Of a stretch of 38,834 bases of DNA, positions 23,652 through 33,016 are shown piece after piece. Position numbers and translations under genes: made by a program. The notes below the pieces were generated by a model, which did no database searches, was not told the DNA's origin, and saw only the letters and a program-made list of their open reading frames with translations. The DNA comes from Catajapyx aquilonaris (lineage: Eukaryota): NCBI GenBank assembly GCA_000934665.2, contig JYFJ02003680.1:1-38834 (forward strand), written 5' to 3'. How positions within the stretch are numbered: the first letter of the stretch is position 1; each line of letters begins with the position of its first letter.

Positions 23652-24568
23652 CAAAGAGCTTAATACTAGGAAGAGTGGAAAAAACAGCTGGTAACATAGC
23701 AACCGTGTCTCCAATCGACTGACCTGCCACCTGGCGAGTCGGTTACCAAACTCAATACTGTATTGTACAATACGGTAGATCGAGGCAGTGCCGAAAATAT
23801 GGCAATAAAATGCCCAGTCGTTGGAAATAAGCTATAAGCACTCGTATACTCTCGTTGGTGTAAATATTGACGACAAAACACGATGTAGAAGACCTGTGAA
23901 TAAAATACCATCACGAAAAGCAAATTGTTTGCCAGAAGTTTATTGCCACTACAATAATCCCTCACTCTGCGCTATACAATACACACCACGGTAGGCTACT
24001 GTACACACTGGTCATGATGCTGAGCATGGTCATGACAGGAAGATATACCCCCCGCTGCTATGTCCATCTTGTGGCGGGACGGGCTTGTTGTTCTTCTACC
24101 GTGAACTCGAGAGCAGTGGAGGGTCCTTTGGTAATGAAAAGAATGCGATCCGAGACCCCGTGCGCAAACAGTAGCAGTAGCATTCGGCACCCAACCCCCG
24201 ACCGTCTACGCCCCACTATGCCGGCCTTGGAACTTGTTCTATTTCAAAATTCGAACGTGATTTCTAAGCAACGAGGTGATTATTTGGATTGTTAGGTGCA
24301 GGATAGCAAGCTGGTCGAATATCAGTTTCGGGTCCAAAATTAGTGCCTTAACCGCATACGACCTCATATTGGTCAGTTTTTAGATTTATAACTCTTAATT
24401 ATGTGCCTCTTGATATTAAATAAACACAGTTTATTGAAATTCCTCTCGATAGCACTCGATGGTGCCGCCTAGTGGTCGGTAGCCAAACTCGTTGACTAAA
24501 CAACTGGCTAAAAAAGTGGCGACGCTTGGAAACCGTTTTTTCCACTCTTCCTAGTATTAAGCTCTTTG
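23652..24568. mobile_element. 917-bp element with CAAAGA termini and 8-bp TSD (P-element-like)
   Basis: CCCATTCC|CAAAGAGCTTAATACTAGGAAGAGTGGAAAAAAC...GTTTTTTCCACTCTTCCTAGTATTAAGCTCTTTG|CCCATTCC. Confidence 0.92.
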
Positions 24569-24785
24569 CCCATTCCTTTACCTTACTCTTCTGAATGCAT
24601 CCATGCAGATCTATTGTTCCTCATAGATCGAAAACGGCTGGCCGTAGAAAAAAGGGTCACTACCAGTGAAATTCTAGGCCTATGATACACCTACTGTGTC
24701 AGTGTCATGCAAATCTGACAAGAGTCCACTTCGGGTCCCTTCCTTGCAAGTAACATGCTGCCAGAATAGGTCTATTGCCTCTCAC

Positions 24786-24950
24786 CCATCGGAATCTTCA
24801 GCCAGCTCTACAATAGGGTTCAAAGCTGGCGTGCTTGAGTAGGTCAAAGAAAGGGGCCCCTCAATAAGCTTCATAGAGGGTGATGACTTCTGCACATCAG
24901 TGGGTTCGGAGTTCAGTGTAGTAGATAATACTATGTCTTCTGAATTGATT
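24786..24950 (-). CDS. Repeat exon A2 (165 nt, phase 2-2)
   Basis: TTTTTCAG acceptor and GG|GTGAGA donor; INSEDIVLSTTLNSEPTDVQKSSPSMKLIEGPLSLTYSSTPALNPIVELAEDSDG. Confidence 0.82.
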
Positions 24951-24987
24951 CTGAAAAAGAGAAAGAAGTTACTAATTAATCATTGTA

Positions 24988-25325
24988 GGGGAGGTGTAGA
25001 TGGCCGAGATGGTAACGTCTAGGCTTTCTGAGTGAAAGGCCCCAGATTCGATCCCCGCCTGGGGAACTTTCCTTTCACCTGCGTCAGGAGGGTCTCTGAC
25101 CTGCACCTTGGAGGTGTCTGGCAACCTAACCTCCTGGGGAACAGCACAAGACCCCTTTACCGACATTGCACATGCACCTATGTTCCCTCCCCAAAAATAC
25201 CTATCCTTACCCCATGTCCTTTCATCCTTGCACCGGAGTTAGAAGAAAAAGCAGAAAATTGCAGTAAAAATGGTGGTATTCCACTCCCCTATAAGGGCCT
25301 ATGGCCCTATCACAGGGTAACGTAA
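24988..25325 (+). mobile_element. tRNA-derived SINE (family 1)
   Basis: A-box TGGCCGAGATGG and B-box GATTCGATCCC; head shared with 2886; tail GGCCCTATCACAGGGTAAC resembles 37921-37938. Confidence 0.85.
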
Positions 25326-25331
25326 AATATA

Positions 25332-25756
25332 CAGGGTGTATCAGAACTCTACCGTAAGCCATATGCCAATGGCGTAATGGTCAGCAGATGATCATTTACA
25401 GTATCGGAATCATAGGCCTGGGCCGCCGCATGACCGAGATAATTGACCTCAACCAATAGGTATAAAATATCCTGGCAGGTATGCAAACCTTCAGCCGCCA
25501 TCGCATCACAGGTGAAGGTCGCAGCTATTTTCTGGGGGGCTACTGCCACACTGCTATTGGGGTAGTCACTGAGGGCTCTTAGAATGCAGTTACCCCCAGA
25601 TGCACTGCTATTCTACAATCACGCTTAAGCGCAATCGCTACTTCGCAAATGATCAATTATCTACGTGATGTGGCTGCCTAGACATGATGACCCCTCTACA
25701 TATAATGATGCTCTGGTGCCCCTTATGACACTGGCACATGGCTTACGGTAGAGTTC
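25332..25756 (+). mobile_element. CAGGGTG MITE 'A', right TIR truncated
   Basis: TA|CAGGGTGTATCAGAACTCTACCGTAAGCCAT...ATGGCTTACGGTAGAGTTC; near-identical reverse complement of 26902-27339. Confidence 0.88.
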
Positions 25757-26330
25757 TGGTCGGTAAATGGCGGACAAGCTTCAGGTAGCGAGATTCCTTG
25801 TGAAAAATCAGTATATGGAAGTGAAGGTCATATTGCTCTTCGAGGCCTGAGTAGGGCTCACGAGGCCTCCAAAGTTTGGGCCAAATCATGACGTCACATC
25901 CGCCCGCGAAATACAAACACTACCGTATTGCTACCGTACGCGGAGTGTTGCTAGGCGTTGCCATGTTGACATCTACCACATGTTCACCAACAATGGAACC
26001 GTATAAACTCGCTGGGACGTTGCCAGGAACTCGGCGACGACGATATGGCAATGCCTGGCAACATCCCAGCCAGTTTATACGGTTCCATTGTGTGGTGAAC
26101 ATGTGGTAGATGTCAACATGGCAACGCCTAGCAACACGCCGTGTACGATAGCGATACGGTAATGTTTGAATTTCGCGGGCGGATGTGACGTCATGATTTG
26201 GCCCAAACTTTGGAGGCCTCGTGAGCCCTACTCAGGCCTCGAAGAGCAATATGACCTTCACATCCATATACTGATTTTTCACAAGGAATCTCGCTACCTG
26301 AAGCTTGTCTGCCATTTACCGACCACCCTG
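25757..26330. mobile_element. Fold-back MITE 'B', left CAGGG missing
   Basis: TGGTCGGTAAATGGCGGACAAGCTTCAGG / CCTGAAGCTTGTCTGCCATTTACCGACCACCCTG|TA; near-perfect arms to a centre at about 26043. Confidence 0.9.
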
Positions 26331-26336
26331 TATATA

Positions 26337-26866
26337 CAGGGTGTAAATGAATTCAGCCGACAAACTTGTAGGGGTGATAGAGGGGACCAAGACAAACATA
26401 TTTGACATAGGAAACCGTGTCCGGAAACGCCATCTAGAGGGGGTTCATAGACAAGGAACGGGTGCGCTCAGACGCGTCAGGCTGGCTGCGTTAGTGAGCG
26501 TACCGTTTAGTTGCTAGGTGGCGGGTGGATTGTACACAGCTTTGCAATTCACCATAACCTGGCAACAACAGAGCCACCTAGCAAGTAAAGTCAGCATGCT
26601 AGGTAGCGCGCAGATAATAAACAACAACTCTGTTGTTGCCAGGTTATGGCGAAATGCCCAAAGTTGTGTACAATCCGCCCGCCACCTAGCAACTAAACGG
26701 TCCGCTTGCTAACGCCGCCAGCCTGAAGCGTCTGAGCGCACCCGTTCTTCGTCTATGAACCCCCTCTAGATGGCGTTTCCGGACACGGTTTCCTATGTCA
26801 AATATGTTTGTCTTGGTCCCCTCTATCACCCCTACAAGTTCGTCGGCTGAATTCATTTACACCCTG
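26337..26866. mobile_element. Fold-back MITE 'C' (530 bp), related to 11391-11952
   Basis: TA|CAGGGTGTAAATGAATTCAGCCGAC...GTCGGCTGAATTCATTTACACCCTG|TA. Confidence 0.93.
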
Positions 26867-26901
26867 TATATACGTTACCCCGTGATAGGGCCATTATTAC
26901 A

Positions 26902-27339
26902 CAGGGTGTATCATAACTCTACCGTAAGCCATGTGCCAGTGGCATAAGGGGCACCAGAGCATCATTATATGTAGAGGGGTCATCATGTCTAGGCAGCCAC
27001 ATCACGTAGATAATTGATCATTTGCGAAGTAGCGATTGCGCTTAAGCGTGATTGTAGAATAGCAGTGCATCTGGGGGTAACTGCATTCTAAGAGCCCTCA
27101 GTGACTACCCCAATAGCAGTGTAGCAGTAGTCCCCCAGAAAATAGCTGCGACCTTCACCTGTGATGCGATTGGCGGCTGAAGGTTTGCATACCTGCCAGG
27201 ATATTTTATACCTATTGGCTGAGGTCAATTATCTCGGTCATGCGGCGGCCCAGGCCTATGATTCCGATACTGTAAATGATCATCTGCTGACCATTACGCC
27301 ATTGGCATATGGCTTATGGTAGAGTTCCGATACACCCTG
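26902..27339 (-). mobile_element. CAGGGTG MITE 'A', second complete copy, inverted
   Basis: Both TIRs present (CAGGGTGTATC...GATACACCCTG); reverse complement of 25332-25756. Confidence 0.9.
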
Positions 27340-27345
27340 TATATA

Positions 27346-27976
27346 CAGGGTGATTACAAATGAATAGTATAATTACAAATGCATATAGCTCCGTACCTAT
27401 CAACCGCACATGAACGTGTTATACACCAAATGAAAGATGAGGTTTTGAAGTTTATTTCATACCTTATAAATGTTCTATATGACTTCCCTTGGTCACTCGA
27501 GAAACGTCGATCCGATAGTGCAATTCCTCCCATACTCGTGCCAGCATGTCCGTTGTCACTGACTCTACCGCAGCAACAGTGCGATGTTTGAGTTCATCCA
27601 GGGTTGTTGGCATCGGTGGCTTGTACACAGCATCCTTAACGTACCCCCAAAGGAAGAAGTCGCATGGCGTCAAATCCGGCGACCTTGGGGGCCAGCAGTA
27701 AAGCGACAAGTCTTGCAGGTCACTGCGACCTATCCAACGACGAAGGAGCACATTGTTCAGAAACTGGCGAACATCTGAATGCCAGTGCATTGTTACTGCG
27801 GTTGAGTCAGTGACAACGGACATGCTGGCACGAGTATGGGAGGAATTGCACTATCGGATCGACGTTTCTCGAGTGACCAAGGGAAATCATATAGAACATT
27901 TATAAGGCATGAAAAAAACTTTGAAACCTCTTCTTTCATTTGGTGTATAACACGTTCATGTACGGTTGATAGGTAC
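27346..27976 (-). mobile_element. Deleted DD41D (rosa/long-TIR-like) Tc1/mariner element carrying the transposase C-terminus
   Basis: HWHSDVRQFLNN...RWIGR...WPPRSPDLTPCDFFLWGYVKDAVY...KGSHIEHL*; TA|CAGGGTG terminus; about 27392-27578 is inverted at about 27791-27975. Confidence 0.85.
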
Positions 27977-28011
27977 AGAAAATTAATTATTGTACAGGGT
28001 AATTATCTCAC

Positions 28012-28173
28012 CCATTGGAATTTTCAGCCACTTCAACAGGATTCAAAGCTGACCTGCTTGAGCAGCGTGAAGAAAGGGGCAGCTCACTAAGCTTTAGAGA
28101 GGATGACGACTTCTGTATATCAGTGGGTTCTGAGTTCAGCGAAGTAGCTAATACTTTGCCTTCTGAATAGATT
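28012..28173 (-). CDS. Repeat exon A3 (162 nt, phase 2-2)
   Basis: TTTTTCAG acceptor and GG|GTGAGA donor; IYSEGKVLATSLNSEPTDIQKSSSSLKLSELPLSSRCSSRSALNPVEVAENSNG; in-frame 3-nt deletion relative to A1/A2. Confidence 0.8.
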
Positions 28174-29094
28174 CTGAAAAAGAAAGAAATAAGTTGCTTA
28201 TTATTGTATGCGCAAGATAAAAAGCCCAAGGGAGTGTCTACACCGGCAAGTGCACTGGCTACTTTGCTACTAGCAGTGATACTTCCTCGTGTAGATGGCG
28301 AAAACCGCAAGTAGCAAGTGAAAATAAAATTGGAGGATGTTCTACTTTGGGGAAGTTGGAACCAGCAAGTCAGGGGGAAAAGATGGCGGCCACGAGATGG
28401 TCAGAGGAGTTGATTCTCAAGTTCGCAAGATTTTTGAGAGATCACTTGTCTTCGGGCCGTCAAAAGCCAAGCTTATTGCAACCAGGCAATGCGGGAGGCA
28501 GCAGTGACGGCGGCGAAGTACCAAAAAAATATGGTAACAATGCAAGGTAACAATTCGACATGTCTTCATTTCTGTGGCCGTACGGCCGCAAAAATGGTTC
28601 AATCAACACAGAAATTGCATCAAAAAATAGATGATGTGGTGCAGGTTCTCTAGTTTGTCTTTTTCCCAATTTCGGCCTAAAAGTGACATTTAGGATGAGT
28701 TGAAGTGAGTGGAAAATGACACTTTCCAAAAGTCCATTTGAATAACATGGCAGCAGAAATCGCGTGAAAATCGTACATATTTCTGTGGCCGTATGTCCAC
28801 AATTTTAATGCAATCATGTTGAGTATGGTATCCTTGTAAAGGCCAAACCTTTGCACAGGTGCCCTACAATCCATTTATTTAATATAGAGCCCGATGTTTG
28901 CATCTAAACAACTCCTAGGCAAATTATCCAGAAAAATAATGGTATGTATTGTTAGAAAGGTTGTGTAAATCCACATTACACATATGCGAGTTGTTTTCCT
29001 ATCGTCAGTCTCTAATTTTTTATCGTAAAAAGAAGGCCAAAAAATTCCCCCTGTGAACCCTGGGTAGTGCACATCTTTGCCTATATAATGATAT

Positions 29095-29097
<3 letters not shown>

Positions 29098-29165
<68 letters not shown>

Positions 29166-29452
29166 TAATAATAATAATATCATACCCCATTATCAGCTGG
29201 CGGCTCTTTAGGGGGGATTTTTGTTTTGACTGGAACTCTTTCTTTGCATTTTTACTTCGATTTTCTGGATAGGATAGGGACGGAAGGAAGCGGCTGTGGC
29301 CTATTATTTTAGAAAACAACCCCGCCATTTACCTGGAGGGACCGTGGGAAACCACAGAAAACCACGGTTAGGGTTGCCGGCCCTGGGGATCGAACCCAGG
29401 ACCTCCCAATTAGCAGTCGGATACCATATCCCCTCCGCCACCACTGCTTCGG
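29098..29452 (-). mobile_element. Full-length SINE (family 2), reverse strand
   Basis: Homologous to 21056-21356; (TTA)n tail; 16-bp TSD TATATAATGATATATT at 29082-29097 and 29453-29468. Confidence 0.93.
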
Positions 29453-29476
29453 TATATAATGATATATTTGAAACAT

Positions 29477-29812
29477 GGGGAGGCGGAGTGGTGCTGCGGT
29501 AACGCATGCGCCCACGGATGTTAAGGTCCCGGGTTCGATCCCAGCCCGGAGACACCCCCTTCACCTCGTGCAGAGTTCAGGATCACCTCTGGCTTCGTCT
29601 CAGGTGGTATTTCCTAGAGACTAAACCACCCGGGGGAGTTCACTAAAAATGGCCACAGCGTCAGATGCACTGTACCTTGGACGCCCCCTCCTGCCATCCT
29701 GCCCGTGGGCCCGGGCGATACGCTAAACAAGTACCATGTACTATGTATACACCAACAGCTAATAATAAAGGTCCATGCGATAAACCCTGATGGGTGAAAG
29801 CATTACCCAACC

Positions 29813-29869
<57 letters not shown>

Positions 29870-29887
29870 CATTATTATTATTATTAT
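29477..29887 (+). mobile_element. Full-length tRNA-derived SINE (family 1-related head)
   Basis: B-box GGTTCGATCCC, (TTA)n tail, 14-bp TSD TATATTTGAAACAT at 29463-29476 and 29888-29901. Confidence 0.9.
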
Positions 29888-30373
29888 TATATTTGAAACA
29901 TTGAGATCAGAATTTCTGTAATCATAATTAAGTTAATTGCAAACCTCTGTTATCTCGGCTGTTTATAATCCAAATTACTTCGCGAATGTATTGATGGCAA
30001 GCCAGAAATGTGCGTGATAAGATTACATTATGCTCTATTACACTTAAAATGTTAAAAGTATTGTTTTAGTAAGTTTAATAGAAAAGGACACAGCCTGCTT
30101 TCTGGTGGGAATAGATGGCGATACTTTTAAATACTTTAAAAAAATTTAGTGTAATAGAGTATGGTGTAAACTTATCACGCACATCTCTGGCTTGCAGTCG
30201 ATACATTTGGGAAGTAATTCTGATTATAAACAGCCGAGATAACAAAGGTGTGAAATTAACTTGATTATGATTACAGAAATGGCGATCTCAATGTTTCAAA
30301 TATATCATTAGATAGATAAACATCCAGGGTTCACAGGTTTTTGGCCTCCAGAAAGTGTCATAAAAAAATTCAC

Positions 30374-30489
30374 TTTGAGGTGTAAAGTCAGCAACTAGTC
30401 AAAAAATGACAATTTGAGGTGTAAAGTGGGCAACTAGTCAAAAAAGGACAATTTGAGGTGTAAAGTGGGCAACTAGTCAAAAAAGGACA
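30374..30489. repeat. 39-bp minisatellite x3
   Basis: TTTGAGGTGTAAAGTGGGCAACTAGTCAAAAAAGGACAA-like units starting at 30374, 30413 and 30452. Confidence 0.95.
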
Positions 30490-30690
30490 CTTTTCCGCCT
30501 TCTTTTTACGATTAAAAATTAGAGACTGACGATAGGAAAACAACTCGCATATATGTAACGTGGATTTAAACAAGCTCTCTAACGATAAGTACCATTATTT
30601 TTTTGGATGATTTGCCTGGGAGTCGTTTAGAGTCAAACACAGGGCTATATATTAAATAAATGGATAGTAGTTCATGTTTTTCCAGATTAA

Positions 30691-31410
30691 GAGGGCTGGG
30701 TCATGACGTTTCCCACCACTTTCTGGGTGGCAGTGAGCCAATATCGGTATGCGCTGACTCGTCTTCGTTCGACGAATCCTGGTGCGCAGTTAGAGATACG
30801 GACACGTGGCTTTTTGAATCATCTGGAGAAAGAGCTGGCGCTTGTTCCGGTCGTGGAGTGGTTCTAATCGGCCAATAAGTAATTGATCGGCGATGGGAAA
30901 TGCGTTTGGGAATTGACGTCACAGGGGCGTCACAATGGAGCCGGCCATTTGAATTTGGCGTCTTGGAAAGTTTAACCCCCCCCCCGCTGATCTCCGTGCC
31001 GACCGATTTTGGAGTCATTTGGGCAGTTTTCCTGGCACATATGGTGGAAACACTAGACCCTCCCGCACTAACCCCGAAACCAGGTCTGCCGGTTGGAGGG
31101 AGAAAGGCAACAGCATGGGCCGGCAAGGGTTGCCAATCCCCCTCACCGCCGACAAGGGGAGCCAATTCAGATACAAGCTGCCCATATGACCCGTCATTGT
31201 TATATACAATAATGGAAAATCAATCAACAACCTATAGAATGATAGAGCCTGGCAACCGCCCTTGCCGGCGGCGGTGCTGTTGCCTTTCTCCCTCCGATCG
31301 GCAGACCTGGTTTCGGAGTTGGTGCGGAGGGGGTCTAGTGTTTCCACCACATATGTCATGAAAACTGCCCAAATGACTCCAAAATCGGTCGGCACGAAGA
31401 TCAGCGGGGC

Positions 31411-31441
<31 letters not shown>

Positions 31442-31731
31442 GTTGTTTTACACTTTTTCAGACACCAAATTCAAATGGCCGGCTCCGTTGCGATGCCCCT
31501 GTGACGTCAGTTCCCAAAAGCATTTCCCATCGCTGATCGATTACTGATTGGCCGATTAGAACCGCTCCACAACTGGAACAAGCGCCAGCTCTTTCTCCAG
31601 ACGATTCAAAAAACCACGTGTCCGTATCTCTAACTGCGCGCCAGGATTCGTCGAATGAAGACGAGTCAGCGCACCCAATTTTGGCTTGCTGCCGCCCAGA
31701 AAGTGGTGGGAAACGTAATGACCCAGCCCTC
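30691..31731. mobile_element. Fold-back element with TTAA TSD and purine termini (Kolobok-like), arms about 450 bp
   Basis: TTAA|GAGGGCTGGGTCAT...ATGACCCAGCCCTC|TTAA. Confidence 0.88.
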
Positions 31732-32472
31732 TTAATGTTGCATTTCCCCACAAAAAAATTAAGTTCCCTCAAAAACGTGACTCCCGTATTTTTACTACTG
31801 CGCTGCCTTAATTTTAAACAATTGATTTGATAGTTTCATGTGCTCTTTTGAGAGTTTACCATTTTGGCATATAAGTTATGCATTGAAGAGGATCTGATTA
31901 CTATTATCGGCACTAATACCTTCTATTTTCAATTGCAGATGGACAAGTGATGTTCAGTAAGGTTACACTACAATTGCAGGATGAAGACTAATACCGTAAT
32001 CTTGTGACTGTCCTTAATGCAGTGCAACATTAAAAATTGCCCGCAAAAGGTGTTGCACTTAAATTAGAGGACACTTTTTACTGCTTCAACGCCCTGCCCC
32101 TTGGTGTACACAGCGCACAGTGCACACAAAGTCGACAAAAGTGCATCCAACATAACATTCGACACATCAGCTGGCTGCGACTCCATTTTGGACGTGCCAA
32201 GTCAGTAGCTACTGTACATCGTGTAGATGCTACTTGCTGAGCAAATAGCAAATAGCAAGCAGCAAGTACACTCGCCCGTGTAGATGTATCATATTACCAT
32301 GGGCACTGTGGCGTTCTAGTGTGAAACAGGCCTGACCAAGGCACCCGTATACCCTGGGGGTGCCAGTTGGCCAGTATCAAGTGGGATAATTCTTGTGATA
32401 TTCTTCCCTTCAAAAGTACCCCTAATAAATTACTGAGTAACACACTGACAGAATAGGCTTATCGCCTCTCAC

Positions 32473-33016
32473 CCACTGAAATCTTCAGCCACTTCCACAA
32501 CAGGATTGATAGTTGTCACGCTTGAGCAGCTTGAAGAAAGGAGCTGCTCACTACACCTTAGGCTGGGTTCACACTAGGCGTTTTTGTCGCGCGACAAAAA
32601 CGCCGCGACAAGTCGCTCAAAACAGAACACATGCAAACTTATGGGGCATGACACACCACGACTTCTTTCCTGCTTGGTCGCCGCAAAACGCAGCATGCTG
32701 CGTTTTTGCTGCCGCTACAAAAACGCCGCGACAAAGTCGCTGAAAACTGAACACATGGTAATCAGTTGGGGCAGACACACCTGGCGACAAAGTCGCGTGA
32801 AAAGTGTTTAATTTTGACTATTGTGGAACGGTAGTTGCTAAGGGTCAGGTTGGCAACGCTGCTCGGGTTGCATCAGTAGGGGAAGCAAAACGCGCGATAA
32901 AAACGCCTAGTGTGAACCTCGTGAGGCGTCAGCGACGAAAACGCGGCAACAAAGTCGCAGGCGACAAAAACGCCTAGTGTGAACCCAGCCTTAGAGAGGA
33001 TGATGTATATCTGTAT
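32473..33016 (-). pseudogene. Repeat exon A4: 111-nt exon interrupted by a MITE, acceptor CAG changed to CAC
   Basis: Removing 32561-32993 restores an open 111-nt phase 2-2 exon (YRYTSSSLRCSEQLLSSSCSSVTTINPVVEVAEDFSG), colinear with A6. Donor intact. Confidence 0.8.
32561..32990 (+). mobile_element. PIF/Harbinger (Tourist-like) MITE, 430 bp
   Basis: TTA|GGCTGGGTTCACACTAGGCGTTTTTGTCGC...GCGACAAAAACGCCTAGTGTGAACCCAGCC|TTA, perfect 30-bp TIRs. Confidence 0.95.

Larger units (their letters stand above)
22392..24746. mobile_element. TIR element (about 80-bp diverged arms) containing a LINE 5' part and a P-like MITE
   Basis: CAAGGAGGGGACCCGAGTGG..TGTCAGATTTGCATGA / TCATGCAAATCTGACA..CCACTTCGGGTCCCTTCCTTG. 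Flanks rejoin to TAAATTACTAAGTAACATGCTG, as in the intact intron at about 34314-34335. Confidence 0.8.
28869..30665. mobile_element. AT-rich fold-back element with two SINEs in the left arm
   Basis: ATCCATTTATTTAATATAG / CTATATTAAATAAATGGAT; ATATGCGAGTTGTTTTCCTATCGTCAGTCTCTAATTTTT and its reverse complement; centre about 30090. Confidence 0.82.
28230..32286 (+). mobile_element. Decayed PIF/Harbinger-like element hosting two fold-back elements
   Basis: TCTACACCGGCAAGTGCACT / AGTACACTCGCCCGTGTAGA inverted ends; MAATRWSEELILKFARFLRDH (28383) resembles a MADF/Myb N-terminus; flanks are paralogous intron sequence. Confidence 0.6.

Noticed and set aside
30374..30489. CRISPR-like direct repeats
   Set aside because: Units are contiguous with no unique spacers; eukaryotic context and no cas genes.
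30660..31830. Mirror-image ORFs of 100-154 aa
   Set aside because: By-product of a GC-rich palindromic element; no recognisable domain.
32353..32421. Possible second repeated micro-exon (GTFEGKNITRIIPLDTGQLAPPG) about 50 nt after each A donor; copies near 20117, 22308, 33807 and 34241
   Set aside because: An AG is conserved but there is no pyrimidine tract, donors vary (GT/GC), and the 33.8-kb copy is frameshifted. Better explained as co-duplicated intron.
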